NCBI GenBank assembly: GCA_963662795.1
Contig: OY759746.1
Coordinates: forward strand, 1,888,001-1,952,000
Source of the DNA: Spirochaetia bacterium
GTDB lineage: Bacteria > Spirochaetota > Spirochaetia > CADAEX01
DNA: 64,000 nt
Reading direction: 5' to 3'
Within the stretch, counting starts at the first letter, position 1. Every line of letters begins with the position of its first letter. Below are positions 51,969 through 61,851 of this stretch, in pieces. Position numbers and translations under genes: made by a program. The notes beneath the pieces are model-generated. The model was not told where the DNA came from. It did no database searches and was given only the letters and a program-made list of their open reading frames with translations.

Positions 51969-52316
51969 ATGAAAGAGATTAAAGAAAATGCTGGTTTAGT
52001 TGCATATTGTGGTCTTTATTGTGGTGCATGTAAAGCATATTTAAAAGAAAAATGCAGTGCATGTTTAAATAATGAAAAAGCGACATGGTGTGAGATAAGG
52101 CTTTGTTGTAAAAATAAAAATATAAACAATTGTGCAGAATGTAAAGAATACTCTGATCCGAAAAATTGTAAAAAATTTAATAATATTATGTCAAAAGTGT
52201 TTGCATTACTATTTAAATCTGATCGAGCCGCTTGTATCGCGCAAATAAAAGAAATTGGGATTAGTGAGCATGCAAAGAAAATGACAGAGTTAAAACAGCA
52301 TACAATAAAAAGGTAG
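51969..52316 (+). CDS. DUF3795-family Cys-rich protein
   Basis: AYCGLYCGAC, C.IR.CC, CAEC. Confidence 0.8.
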   Translation: MKEIKENAGLVAYCGLYCGACKAYLKEKCSACLNNEKATWCEIRLCCKNKNINNCAECKEYSDPKNCKKFNNIMSKVFALLFKSDRAACIAQIKEIGISEHAKKMTELKQHTIKR

Positions 52317-52384
52317 AATAAAAAAGAAGAAGTCCAGCCTTGGCTTCCAGCCGTGCGGCCTGGACAAGAAGTGGGGGCACTGGT

Positions 52385-52555
52385 GGATAACAGAGGATAA
52401 TGCGCTTCGCTCCCTTTGGTCGCTTGGGCTTCGCCACACATCGTAGGTTTTGAAATGCAACATCAATAAACATCAGGTTTTAAAAGAAATAAATTACACC
52501 TTTATGTTATTCATTCTTGGGTTACGATGCGTCGCTTATCCTCGGGACGTTATTT
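52385..52555 (+). repeat. attC-like site 29 (AGAGGATAA core)
   Basis: GGATAAC...GTTATTT. Confidence 0.85.
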
Positions 52556-52776
52556 GCAATACCTTCGCGAAGAGAAAATCGCCCGGGCCCCTGGCCGACG
52601 GGCGAGGATGTGCAGGATAATAATGGTATATGTTGAATAGATACTTTAGGTGTGTGAAAACAGGTATTATCTAAATAAATACATAAAAGGCTTCTGATAG
52701 TTTAATGTGTTACCTGTTGATATAAACCAAAAAATGAACTATATTTAATAATATAATGGTTCATTTGGAGGTTTAT

Positions 52777-53031
52777 ATGAAATCTATTACCATACATGGA
52801 ATTGATAATGAACTAGATAAGAAAATTGCAGAAAAGTCTGTAGAATTTGGGTTAAGCCAGAACCGAACAGTTAAGCATATCCTGAAAAGTTCATTATTTA
52901 CTGATAAAAAAGTTTCTAAAAAGGATTCCTTTGCTGAGTTATTTGGTAAATGGTCAACAAAAGAGAAAGAAGAATTTGATAAAAAAATCAGTGATTTTGA
53001 AGTAATAAATGAAATGGACTGGAAAAAATGA
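52777..53031 (+). CDS. FitA-like ribbon-helix-helix antitoxin
   Basis: MKSITIHGID after a GGAGG RBS; overlaps vapC. Confidence 0.78.
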   Translation: MKSITIHGIDNELDKKIAEKSVEFGLSQNRTVKHILKSSLFTDKKVSKKDSFAELFGKWSTKEKEEFDKKISDFEVINEMDWKK

Positions 53032-53426
53032 CCAAGATATTACTTGATACAAATGCTTATAGTGAGTTTATGTCCGGAAACAAGTTGGTATTTGAATATA
53101 TTATAGAAGCAGAAATAATCTATGTATCAACCATAATGATCGGAGAACTGTTTGCAGGTTTTCAGGGCGGGAGAAAATATACAGAAAATAAAGAAGATTT
53201 TAAGAAATTCATCAGCAAAGATGGAATAAAAATATTGAATGTTACAATTGAAACATCAGAAATATTTGGAGAAATCAAGGCGGAACTAAGTAAAAAAGGA
53301 AAAATGATACCATTAAATGATATTTGGATTGCTGCTCATACAATAGAAACAGGTTCAAAATTAATCACATATGATTCACACTTTAAACAGATAAATGCTT
53401 TAAGAATTTGGGAAGAATATAAATAG
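53028..53426 (+). CDS. vapC: VapC PIN-domain toxin
   Basis: LLDTNAY, GEL..G, IPLNDIWIAA, LITYDSHF. Confidence 0.9.
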   Translation: MTKILLDTNAYSEFMSGNKLVFEYIIEAEIIYVSTIMIGELFAGFQGGRKYTENKEDFKKFISKDGIKILNVTIETSEIFGEIKAELSKKGKMIPLNDIWIAAHTIETGSKLITYDSHFKQINALRIWEEYK

Positions 53427-53557
53427 GGAAATTGTCCAATTACTGCTTCAATAGAGTCAACACTTTGCTTTTTATAGGTTAAGAAAGTATTAAAAAGAAA
53501 AGGAAGTCCAGACCTTGGCTCCGCCCTAACGGCCTGGACAAGACGCGAAGGTACTGC

Positions 53558-53730
53558 AAATAACAGAGGATAATTCGCTACGCTCGGAGTACCTCGCTTG
53601 GCCTTCGGCATATTTTGCTATCATTAAAACAGTTCATATTATGTTTTTACTCTATTTAAATATATTTCTTAAAAACTATCCTGTTGAAAAAGGTTTTAGC
53701 AAAACATCGCTTATCCTCAGGACGTTATTT
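53558..53730 (+). repeat. attC-like site 30 (AGAGGATAA core)
   Basis: AAATAAC...GTTATTT. Confidence 0.85.
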
Positions 53731-53805
53731 GCAATACCTTCGCGAAGAGAAAATCGCCCGGGCCCCTGGCCGACGAGCGAGGAATACAGTGTAAAGGATT
53801 AGAGA

Positions 53806-54309
53806 ATGTTTGAAATCAGGAAGCTTAATAAAGAAAAAGATCTTAATGATTTACTGTATGTAATTCAGGAATCATTTCTAACTGTCGCTGAAGATTTTAA
53901 TCTGACAAAAGAAAATGCTCCAACAAATCCGGCATTTATAACAATGGATAAATTAAAGGAATCAATTGAAAATAAACTTGATTTTTATGTTGCAACTGAA
54001 AGTAATAAAATAATAGGCTGTATAGGAGTGCAGCCAGGAAAAAAAGAAAAAGAATATTATATTGAGAGATTAGCAGTACTTCCTGAATATAGACACTCTG
54101 GTTATGGTAAAAAACTGCTGGATAAAGCATTTGATGAGATAAGAGAAAGAAAAGCAAGATATGTAAGTATAGGTATAATAAATGAAAATAAAGTTTTAAA
54201 AAGATGGTATCTTCAAAATGGATTCATAGATTACGAAACGAAAAAATATGATCATCTACCTTTTACAGTGTGTTTGATGGGTATGGATTTAGAAAAAAAA
54301 GAAATATAA
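53806..54309 (+). CDS. GNAT acetyltransferase
   Basis: ERLAVLPEYRHSGYGKKL, WY..NGF. Confidence 0.88.
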   Translation: MFEIRKLNKEKDLNDLLYVIQESFLTVAEDFNLTKENAPTNPAFITMDKLKESIENKLDFYVATESNKIIGCIGVQPGKKEKEYYIERLAVLPEYRHSGYGKKLLDKAFDEIRERKARYVSIGIINENKVLKRWYLQNGFIDYETKKYDHLPFTVCLMGMDLEKKEI

Positions 54310-54699
54310 ATGAAAATTGCAGAAAAACTAAAAGAAAAATCTAAAAAAATAAAAACCCAGCTTTTAACAGTTTATTATGCATATAAGAATCCAGAAATAA
54401 AGCTTCTGCCGAAAATTATTATTGGGATTGCGATAGCTTATGCATTAAGTCCAATAGATATAATTCCAGATTTTATTCCTGTAATAGGGTATTTAGATGA
54501 TTTAATAATAATTCCTGCATTACTTAGTATAGCAATAAAAATGATTCCAAAAGAAATAATGGAAGAATCAAGGGAAAGAGCAGAGAATGAATCAATAAAA
54601 CTAAAACATAATTGGGCGTTTGCAGTAATATTTATTTTAATATGGATTTATTTGATAGTAATAATTACTAAAATATTGTTAAAATTTATAAATCGTTAA
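54310..54699 (+). CDS. YkvA/DUF1232 membrane protein
   Basis: YALSPIDIIPDFIPVIGYLDD. Confidence 0.88.
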   Translation: MKIAEKLKEKSKKIKTQLLTVYYAYKNPEIKLLPKIIIGIAIAYALSPIDIIPDFIPVIGYLDDLIIIPALLSIAIKMIPKEIMEESRERAENESIKLKHNWAFAVIFILIWIYLIVIITKILLKFINR

Positions 54700-54767
54700 T
54701 AGGAAAGGATAAGAAGTCCAGACCTTGCCTCCGGCCTATCGGTCAGGACAAGACGCGAAGGTACTGC

Positions 54768-54959
54768 AAATAACAGCGATTATTTCGCTGCGCTCCCTGT
54801 GGTCGCTTGGGCTCCTGCCAGTTGAGCTGGCAGATCGCCATATTTTGTTTTCATAAAACCGGAACAACATGTGTTTTATACTCTTCAAGTTTGTAAAAAC
54901 TAAATAAAAGTATTTTAGAGTTTAGCCACAAAACATCGAATAATCGCGAGACGTTCTCC
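54768..54959 (+). repeat. attC-like site 31 (AGCGATTATT core)
   Basis: AAATAAC...GTTCTCC. Confidence 0.85.
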
Positions 54960-55129
54960 GAAATACCGCCCCAAGAGGACACCGCCCGGACCTCCGGCCA
55001 ACGGGCGAAGATAGAGCGAGTTAATAATTATTAAAATAGAAAATATATCAAAAAAAGAATAATAAAAAGCACGCTAAAAAGCTTGATAAATAATGCTAAG
55101 AATAGTATTAATTAACATAGGGTAGGAAT

Positions 55130-55387
55130 ATGAAGAATATTATAACTGCAAATGATCTAAAAGTAAGAGGAATCTCAATAATAGATGAAGTAAGCACTTC
55201 GAACCAGGAAGTTGTAATTACTGTTCATGGAAAAGATAAGTATGTAGTTTTGCCAATAGAGGAATACAATCAATTAAGAGAATATGAGCTTGATGCGGCA
55301 ATAAAAGAATCTCTGGAAGATATTAAAAACGGGAGAATTATTGAAGAGTCAATTGAAAAACATCTTAAGAGAATAAAAAGTGTATAA
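55130..55387 (+). CDS. Phd/YefM-family antitoxin
   Basis: ITANDLK, VVITVHGKDKYVVL..EEY. Confidence 0.82.
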   Translation: MKNIITANDLKVRGISIIDEVSTSNQEVVITVHGKDKYVVLPIEEYNQLREYELDAAIKESLEDIKNGRIIEESIEKHLKRIKSV

Positions 55388-55652
55388 AATTATCTATACA
55401 GAAAGCTATATAAAAAGGGCAAAAAAATTTGCTCAGAAGCATCCTGAGTTATTAAACCAGTATAAAAAAACACTTCAATTACTTGAGTTAAATCCTTCTC
55501 ACCCGTCATTAAGGCTCCATAAACTTGAAGGGAGAATTTCTGATTATTATAGTGTATCAATTAATATGACTTATAGAATAACAATAGATTTTTTGATAAA
55601 GGAAAAAGAAATAATCCCAATAACCGTGGGAAAGCACGAAGAAGTCTATTGA
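55380..55652 (+). CDS. RelE/YafQ-like toxin
   Basis: HPSLRLHKLEG, SVSINMTYRI, VGKHEEVY. Confidence 0.85.
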   Translation: MYKIIYTESYIKRAKKFAQKHPELLNQYKKTLQLLELNPSHPSLRLHKLEGRISDYYSVSINMTYRITIDFLIKEKEIIPITVGKHEEVY

Positions 55653-55689
55653 TAAAATGCTTTTTCAATATTTTTGAATATAAGGTAAA

Positions 55690-56250
55690 ATGAAAATACA
55701 TATTTTAGGCTCATCAGGATCTGGAACAACAACTCTCGGGAAACTAATAGCAGTAAAATATGGATTTCCGTGGTATGACTCAGATAATTTCTTTTGGGAG
55801 AAAACAGATCCGCCATTTACCAAAAAACGAATAAGAGAAGAGCGTATACAATTATTAAAAAAAGAACTTAATACGACTGATGCCTGGGTATTGAGTGGTT
55901 CAGTTATTGGCTGGGGAGATTTTATAAAAAATAAATTGGATTTAGCTATCTATTTATATGCTGAGTCAGCGGTGAGAATCAAGCGGTTGATAGAGCGGGA
56001 AAGAAGTATTTATGGAAATAGAATTGACCCCGGAAATGATATGTTTGAAATACATATTTCCTTTTTAGAATGGGCAAAAAATTACGAGACTGGCAATATG
56101 AATATGAGAAGCAGAATAAGTGAAAATGACTGGATGAAAGATTTGAGTTGTAAAATTATCAGAATAGAAGATGTAATGCCATTAAAAAGAGTAATTGAAA
56201 TTGTATCAAAAGAAATTGATTTATCATTATTAAAAAATACTGGTTTGTAA
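55690..56250 (+). CDS. P-loop kinase (adenylate kinase-like)
   Basis: ILGSSGSGTTTL, DSDNFFW, WVLSGS. Confidence 0.8.
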   Translation: MKIHILGSSGSGTTTLGKLIAVKYGFPWYDSDNFFWEKTDPPFTKKRIREERIQLLKKELNTTDAWVLSGSVIGWGDFIKNKLDLAIYLYAESAVRIKRLIERERSIYGNRIDPGNDMFEIHISFLEWAKNYETGNMNMRSRISENDWMKDLSCKIIRIEDVMPLKRVIEIVSKEIDLSLLKNTGL

Positions 56251-56347
56251 TAATTTATCTTAGGAATAATTTAACGGAAGATAAATATTACATAAAGAAT
56301 CCAAGCCTTGGCGTTGCCGTGCGGCTTGGAAGAAGGGGCGGTACTTC

Positions 56348-56520
56348 CGAGAACAGCGGGTAAGAAGCTGCGCTCGGAGTACCTCGCTTGGGCTTCGCCA
56401 TATTTTGCTATCATGAAACCAAAACAATTATCATTATATCTTTTCAAGTGTGATAAGAGCTGTCAAAGTATTTGAAAAAGTTTTAGCCGCAAAACATCTT
56501 TTACCCGCGAAACGTTCTCC
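56348..56520 (+). repeat. attC-like site 32 (AGCGGGTAA core)
   Basis: CGAGAAC...GTTCTCC. Confidence 0.85.
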
Positions 56521-56639
56521 GAAATACCGCCCCAAGATGCGATCGCCCGGACCTCCGGCCCACGGGCGAGGATAAGTTAAGAAAATAATACAACAAATGA
56601 GTGTGAAAATTGTTAAATGATTATTAAATAGTTGACAAC

Positions 56640-56668
56640 TTGACAATTAAAATAATTACAAATATAAT
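56640..56668 (+). promoter_or_regulatory. Consensus sigma70 promoter of the TA operon (probably leaderless)
   Basis: TTGACA-17bp-TATAAT with the ATG 6 nt downstream; tandem TTGACAA repeat may be an operator. Confidence 0.75.
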
Positions 56669-56674
56669 TAATAT

Positions 56675-56914
56675 ATGAAAACAATGCAAATAGGAGATTT
56701 TAAAGCTCAATTCTCAAAGGTTCTCGAAGAAGTAAAACACGGAGAGGAAATAATAATATCTTATGGTAAACAGAAGAAAAATGTTGCAGTAATAATTCCA
56801 TATGAAGAATACAAAGAAAAAAATAGAATTAAATTGGGCTTGTTGAAAGATAAGGCAAGTTATAAATTTAATAATGATTATGAAATGACTGAAGAGGAGC
56901 TTGTAAGTCTTTGA
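56675..56914 (+). CDS. Phd/YefM-family antitoxin
   Basis: FKAQFSKVLEEVKHGEEIII..G....VAVIIP. Confidence 0.85.
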   Translation: MKTMQIGDFKAQFSKVLEEVKHGEEIIISYGKQKKNVAVIIPYEEYKEKNRIKLGLLKDKASYKFNNDYEMTEEELVSL

Positions 56915-57309
56915 AATATCTCCTTGATACACATTATTTAATCTGGAGCATAATTGACCCGGATAAAATAGATAAAAAGAGGAAAAAGATATTATTGGAT
57001 GTGAATACAGAGAAATATATAAGTCAGATAAGCTTTTGGGAAATATCAATCAAATATTCACTTGGTAAGTTAGAATTAAATGGAATTACGCCTGAAGAGT
57101 TACTTGAAGCAGCAATTGAATCAGGATTTCAAATATTGGAATTGGAAACAAAAGTACTTGCAACATCGTATAAACTACCGAAGAAAGACAAGCACAAAGA
57201 TCCTTTTGACCGATTAATGATTTGGGAATGTATCTGCAATGATTATATTTTATTAACAGCAGATGAAAAAGTAAAAGAATATAAAGAAAACGGTTTGAAA
57301 ATAGTATAG
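56911..57309 (+). CDS. vapC: VapC PIN-domain toxin
   Basis: YLLDTH, SFWEISIK, HKDPFDRL, LLTAD. Confidence 0.9.
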   Translation: MKYLLDTHYLIWSIIDPDKIDKKRKKILLDVNTEKYISQISFWEISIKYSLGKLELNGITPEELLEAAIESGFQILELETKVLATSYKLPKKDKHKDPFDRLMIWECICNDYILLTADEKVKEYKENGLKIV

Positions 57310-57399
57310 ATAAAATACAATCTACAAATAAATAAATGAAAATAAGAAAGCCCCAAGCCTTGGCGGTGCCGTGCGGCTTGGGAGAAGGGGCGGTACTTC

Positions 57400-57570
57400 C
57401 GAGAACAGAGGATAATGCGCTTCGCTCCCTTTGGTCGCTTGGGCTTCGCCACACATCGTAGGTTTTGAACTACAACTTCTATAAACAACAAGTTTTGGAA
57501 GAAATATATTGCAACTTTGAAATATTCATTCTTGGACTACGATGCGTCGCTTATCCTCGGGACGTTATCC
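57400..57570 (+). repeat. attC-like site 33 (AGAGGATAA core)
   Basis: CGAGAAC...GTTATCC. Confidence 0.85.
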
Positions 57571-57734
57571 ACAATGCCCCCACAAGATGCGATCGCCCGG
57601 ACCTCCGGCCGACGGGCGAGGAAATATGCATAATCAAATATTAGAGATAAATCATTTTTAACTGTACTCAATAGGAATAAATATTTAAAATAATTATTAA
57701 AATACTTAAATATTATAGAAAGAGAGATTGATTA

Positions 57735-58484
57735 ATGACTTTTAAACAGAAAGATTTTTTAAAAACCTATGAAATATCTAGTAAAGTAATTGAATTAATA
57801 AATTCAAGTGAAAGTAATATTTATATTATTACTCCTTATTTGAAACCGTGGATTCAACTTGAAAGAACTCTTGAAATAGCTGCTAATAAGAAAAAAAAAG
57901 TAACCTTTATTTTAAGATCTGGTGAAGAAAAAAAAGACTTTGTTAAAAAATTGTATCAAAATTATGGTTTTGAAGTTTATATATATGAATATTTACATTT
58001 AAAATTATATACTGCAGATAATAAAGCAATTTTCTCATCTATGAATCTTTATGATAGTTCAAATGAAAAAAATATAGAAATGGGGTTAATAATTAATTTT
58101 TCACCAAAAGATTATATAACTTTTAAAAAAGAATATATTTATGAAAACATTTTTATGAGCAATCCACAATTTTACTTTAAAGGAAATTTTGAAAATGAGT
58201 ATTTTAAATATCAAAACAATGAAAAACAAGCGTTAAATGAATTTGGTAAAATTGGATATTGTATAGTTTGTGGTAAGAAAATTGATCATCTCAAAAATTC
58301 AAATAAATATGAACCTTACTATACCAGATGTGAAGAGTGTTATTTCAAAAATCCAAATCTAAATAATTATTATGATAAAAAAGTAAATTATTGTTATATT
58401 TGTGGAGAAAAAGGTAATTATATAATTGGGAAGCCATTTCATGAAAACTGTATTAAAACATTGAAAAGTTTAAGACCTTATTAA
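57735..58484 (+). CDS. Phospholipase D-like (HKD) nuclease with C-terminal zinc-finger
   Basis: ITPY, LHLKLY...SSMNL...NIEMG; C-terminal CxxC pairs. Confidence 0.78.
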   Translation: MTFKQKDFLKTYEISSKVIELINSSESNIYIITPYLKPWIQLERTLEIAANKKKKVTFILRSGEEKKDFVKKLYQNYGFEVYIYEYLHLKLYTADNKAIFSSMNLYDSSNEKNIEMGLIINFSPKDYITFKKEYIYENIFMSNPQFYFKGNFENEYFKYQNNEKQALNEFGKIGYCIVCGKKIDHLKNSNKYEPYYTRCEECYFKNPNLNNYYDKKVNYCYICGEKGNYIIGKPFHENCIKTLKSLRPY

Positions 58485-58594
58485 ATCTATTCATAATAAA
58501 TATAGGTGTACAGGTAGAGTAATTACCTGACAACGCAAGTAGTCCGGCCTTGGCTTCCAGCCGTACGGCCTGGACAAGAAGTGGGGGCACTGGT

Positions 58595-58767
58595 GGATAA
58601 CAGCGGTTAAAGCGCTACGCTCGGAGTACCTCGCTTGGCCTACGGCAAACATCGTAGGATTTTATCTACAGCTATTGGGAACATCAAGTTTTAAAAGAAA
58701 GAAATATTTAGATTTTTATTTATTATTCTTGGTCTACGATGCTTCGCTTAACCGCGGGACGTTATCC
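58595..58767 (+). repeat. attC-like site 34 (AGCGGTT core)
   Basis: GGATAAC...GTTATCC. Confidence 0.85.
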
Positions 58768-58855
58768 ACAATGCCCCCACGAGATACAATCGCCCGGACC
58801 TCCGGCCGACGGGCGAAGAGAATTGAATACCAATTGCACTACTAAACAAAGGTAA

Positions 58856-59761
58856 ATATATGAATGGATTAAATGGAAAAATATTTTATTCAAACACTTA
58901 GAGGACAATTCTTTTCCTGCTGTAAAAGAATTATATCATTATACAACAATTGAAAATTTCTGCAAAATTATTGAAAGTAAATCATTTTATGTTTTTAATT
59001 CTTATCATATGAATGATTATAAAGAAAACTATGTATTGATCGAAAAACTTAAGGAATATTTAAAAAATAGAAATGATATTCCAGAGGATTATCTGAATAA
59101 ACTTGATGAAACCATAAGGATAAAGTTTAGATTAAATACACCATATGTGTTTTGCTTAACTGAGTTAAATGATTCTTTATCACAATGGAGAGCTTATGGA
59201 AATGATGGTGAAGGAATTTGTTTTAAAATAGACAGTAAAAAGTTGGAAATGAAATATCGTTTGCCTTTTTCAGGCGTAGAAAAAGATAATAATTTATCAT
59301 TACACAATGTAATTTATAGTAATGAAGAGATTATAAATATCATTGAGGATATTCTCAATGAAAGTATTGAATTTTCAAAAACACGAGATGAAAATATTAA
59401 AAATATAGTCTTTGCTGAAAACGCATGTGCTTTAATGGTTAGATTTAGCCCAGTAGTAAAATTAAATGAATTTAGAGAAGAGAAAGAATGGAGAATTATT
59501 TACAATCCAGTTTGTATAAAAACCGACAGTATTCCATTTAATACTTTAGATAATAATAAAGACATTGGATTTGTTACAACAAATAACAATTTGAGATCTT
59601 ATTTTAAAATATCATTTACAAGTGATGAGTTTAAAGATATTATTTCTGCTATTTATATTGGTCCTAAAAGTAGAGTACACTATTATGAAATGCGAATATT
59701 ATTAGATATTAATGCATTAAAAAATACAGAAATATATCATTCAAAAATACCATATAGATAA
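58856..59761 (+). CDS. DUF2971-like protein (start uncertain)
   Basis: Frame is open from ATA at 58856 and includes LYHYTT...MNDYKE upstream of the called ATG at 59009; DSLSQWRAYG, FREEKEWR, IYIGP. Confidence 0.7.
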   Translation: MYEWIKWKNILFKHLEDNSFPAVKELYHYTTIENFCKIIESKSFYVFNSYHMNDYKENYVLIEKLKEYLKNRNDIPEDYLNKLDETIRIKFRLNTPYVFCLTELNDSLSQWRAYGNDGEGICFKIDSKKLEMKYRLPFSGVEKDNNLSLHNVIYSNEEIINIIEDILNESIEFSKTRDENIKNIVFAENACALMVRFSPVVKLNEFREEKEWRIIYNPVCIKTDSIPFNTLDNNKDIGFVTTNNNLRSYFKISFTSDEFKDIISAIYIGPKSRVHYYEMRILLDINALKNTEIYHSKIPYR

Positions 59762-59852
59762 TTATTTGTATAGGTAGAATAATTACCTGCCAGTTAAAAA
59801 AGTCCGGCCTTGGCTCCGCCGTGCGGCCTGGACAAGAAGTGGGGGCACTGGT

Positions 59853-60005
59853 GGATAACAGCGGTTAAAGCGCTTCGCTCGGATTACCTCGCTTGACCTT
59901 CGGTATAAAGGCGCAAAAAAAAATTGATAAGTTCTATGAAAGTAATTAAAACTTGTTGGTTTAAAATAAAAAACGCCTTCATCGCTTAACCGCGGGACGT
60001 TATAA
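59853..60005 (+). repeat. attC-like site 35 (AGCGGTT core)
   Basis: GGATAAC...GTTATAA. Confidence 0.85.
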
Positions 60006-60105
60006 GCAATGTTCCCGCAAGAGAAAACCGCCCGGACCTCCGGCCGACGGGCGAGGATATGCAGTATAATAATATAGACCCTACAGATGTGGAGAGATAT
60101 AGTAA

Positions 60106-60663
60106 TTGGTAAGAGTATTTATTGATAATAATGTTTGGGATATTTTTTATCAGTATTCTTTAGATTTAAATAGTGAGTTACCAATAAATGAATTTGATAT
60201 TATAATAACAAAAGAAGCGGAATTTGAAATTAAAGGAATGCCTGATAAGAAAAAGAAATATGCTGAATATCAAATAAAAAATCGTAATATAAGAACTGAT
60301 AAATTATTTGGATTTTTTAATGAGAATTATTTACTAAGTGAGCAACGAGTTGGTGGATATAGTACTTATGATAACAAGGTTGTTGGAGGAAGATTTATAA
60401 AAGATGATGAGTTTAAAATTATAAAAGAAGAAAGAAACGCATTAGGAAGTAAAAAGAAAAAAACGGGGCTTTATAATAATGAAGCAGATATAGCAATAGC
60501 TGCAAGATCATTAAATTCTATAGTATTGACTTGTGATAATAGAAAAGTACTTAAAAGAGCAAAAAATCGAAAAGGTTCAATGGTAATAGATTTAAGTGGA
60601 TTTAATAATACAATAACAATAAGGCAAATAATTTCTGAATTTATGAAAAAATATTTTAACTAA
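60106..60663 (+). CDS. PIN-like domain protein
   Basis: VFIDNNV, E..I, ADIAIAA, VLTCD. Confidence 0.62.
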   Translation: MVRVFIDNNVWDIFYQYSLDLNSELPINEFDIIITKEAEFEIKGMPDKKKKYAEYQIKNRNIRTDKLFGFFNENYLLSEQRVGGYSTYDNKVVGGRFIKDDEFKIIKEERNALGSKKKKTGLYNNEADIAIAARSLNSIVLTCDNRKVLKRAKNRKGSMVIDLSGFNNTITIRQIISEFMKKYFN

Positions 60664-60779
60664 AAACTATATCAACCTGACATTCTCTTTGACATGATTT
60701 GTGCTGTTGCTACACTCGTGACATACAAATCCTGCAAAGCCTTGCAGGCTAGGAAATGCAGGTTATCTAAATGTTAAAA
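60660..60779 (+). repeat. Degenerate inner attC (second family)
   Basis: CTAAAAACTATATCAACCTGA...CAGGTTATCTAAAT-GTTAAAA; resembles 13201-13319 and 30360-30478. Confidence 0.6.
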
Positions 60780-60874
60780 TTGTAAATTACAAATAATTAA
60801 ATAATTGTTTGAAAATGAAAGGAAGTCCGGCCTTGGCTCCGCCGTACGGCCTGGACAAGAAGCGGGAACACTGC

Positions 60875-61048
60875 TTATAACAGCGGTTCAAGCGCTTCGC
60901 TCGGAGTACCTCGCTTGGCCTACGGCAAACATCGTAGGATTTAAACAATAACTTTTTGAAACAACAAGTTTTTAAAAGACAATGAATAAAAGTATTGTGT
61001 TTACAATTCTTGATCTACGATGCTTCGCTTAACCGCGGGACGTTATAA
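60875..61048 (+). repeat. attC-like site 36 (AGCGGTT core)
   Basis: TTATAAC...GTTATAA. Confidence 0.85.
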
Positions 61049-61198
61049 GCAATGTTCCCGCAAGAGGAAATCGCCCGGACCTCCGGCCGACGGGCGAGAG
61101 ATTTAATACAATAAATGATTTTCTCTATTGCCAAAATATGATATAAATAAAAGTTCTGAAAGCTTAAATATTGTGCCATTAAATGCTAAAGGATTTCA

Positions 61199-61828
61199 AT
61201 GAATTATCAGCCTAATAATATTCAGTTTAATTATAATGGAACGGAAGAATTATTATTATCAGATTATAATGAGAATACAAAATATTCGGGCATAGATTTT
61301 GCCGAACAAAATAATTCAAATATTGCTTTTGAAAATTGTAATTTTAAATCTTGTAGATTTGATAGTTTAATGTTAGAAAATATAAAATATTCATCATGCC
61401 TATTTGAAAAATGTGAAATTATTTTAACTAAATTCAAAAATAATACCCTAAACGGTGTTAAATTTCTGGATTGTAAAATAATAGGGATTAATTTTACGGA
61501 ATGTAATGATTTTGGATTATCGCTTGATTTTGAAGGATCAATTCTTGACAGTGTTGTAATATTTGGAAAAGCATTAAAAAAAACAAATATTATTAAATGC
61601 AAAATAAAGAATTCATATTTTACTGACACTGATTTTAGAGAATCAAATTTCTCTGAAACTTACTTTGAAAAAGTAATCTTTCATAACTGCAATTTAGAAA
61701 AAAGTGATTTTAGAACAGCTTCAGGTTATGAAATTGATCCAAAAGATAACAAAATAAAAAATAGTAAATATAGACTTCCGGAAGCTCAATCGTTCTTAGG
61801 ATTTTTAGGGATAAAAATAGACTTCTAG
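61199..61828 (+). CDS. Pentapeptide-repeat protein
   Basis: Five-residue periodicity (FENCN FKSCR, TDFRE SNFSE, CNLEK SDFRT). Confidence 0.85.
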   Translation: MNYQPNNIQFNYNGTEELLLSDYNENTKYSGIDFAEQNNSNIAFENCNFKSCRFDSLMLENIKYSSCLFEKCEIILTKFKNNTLNGVKFLDCKIIGINFTECNDFGLSLDFEGSILDSVVIFGKALKKTNIIKCKIKNSYFTDTDFRESNFSETYFEKVIFHNCNLEKSDFRTASGYEIDPKDNKIKNSKYRLPEAQSFLGFLGIKIDF

Positions 61829-61851
61829 TTGTGGATAAAAAAGGAGGTTGA

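Noticed and set aside
2847-57491. Recurrent short ORFs over the repeats (e.g. MVFTNLKSIKHMLFRFYENKIWRSASSTGRSPSD..., ...RRPEVRA..., ...CVAKPKR...)
   Set aside because: They are translations of the GC-rich attC and hairpin repeats; frames and starts differ between copies and there is no RBS
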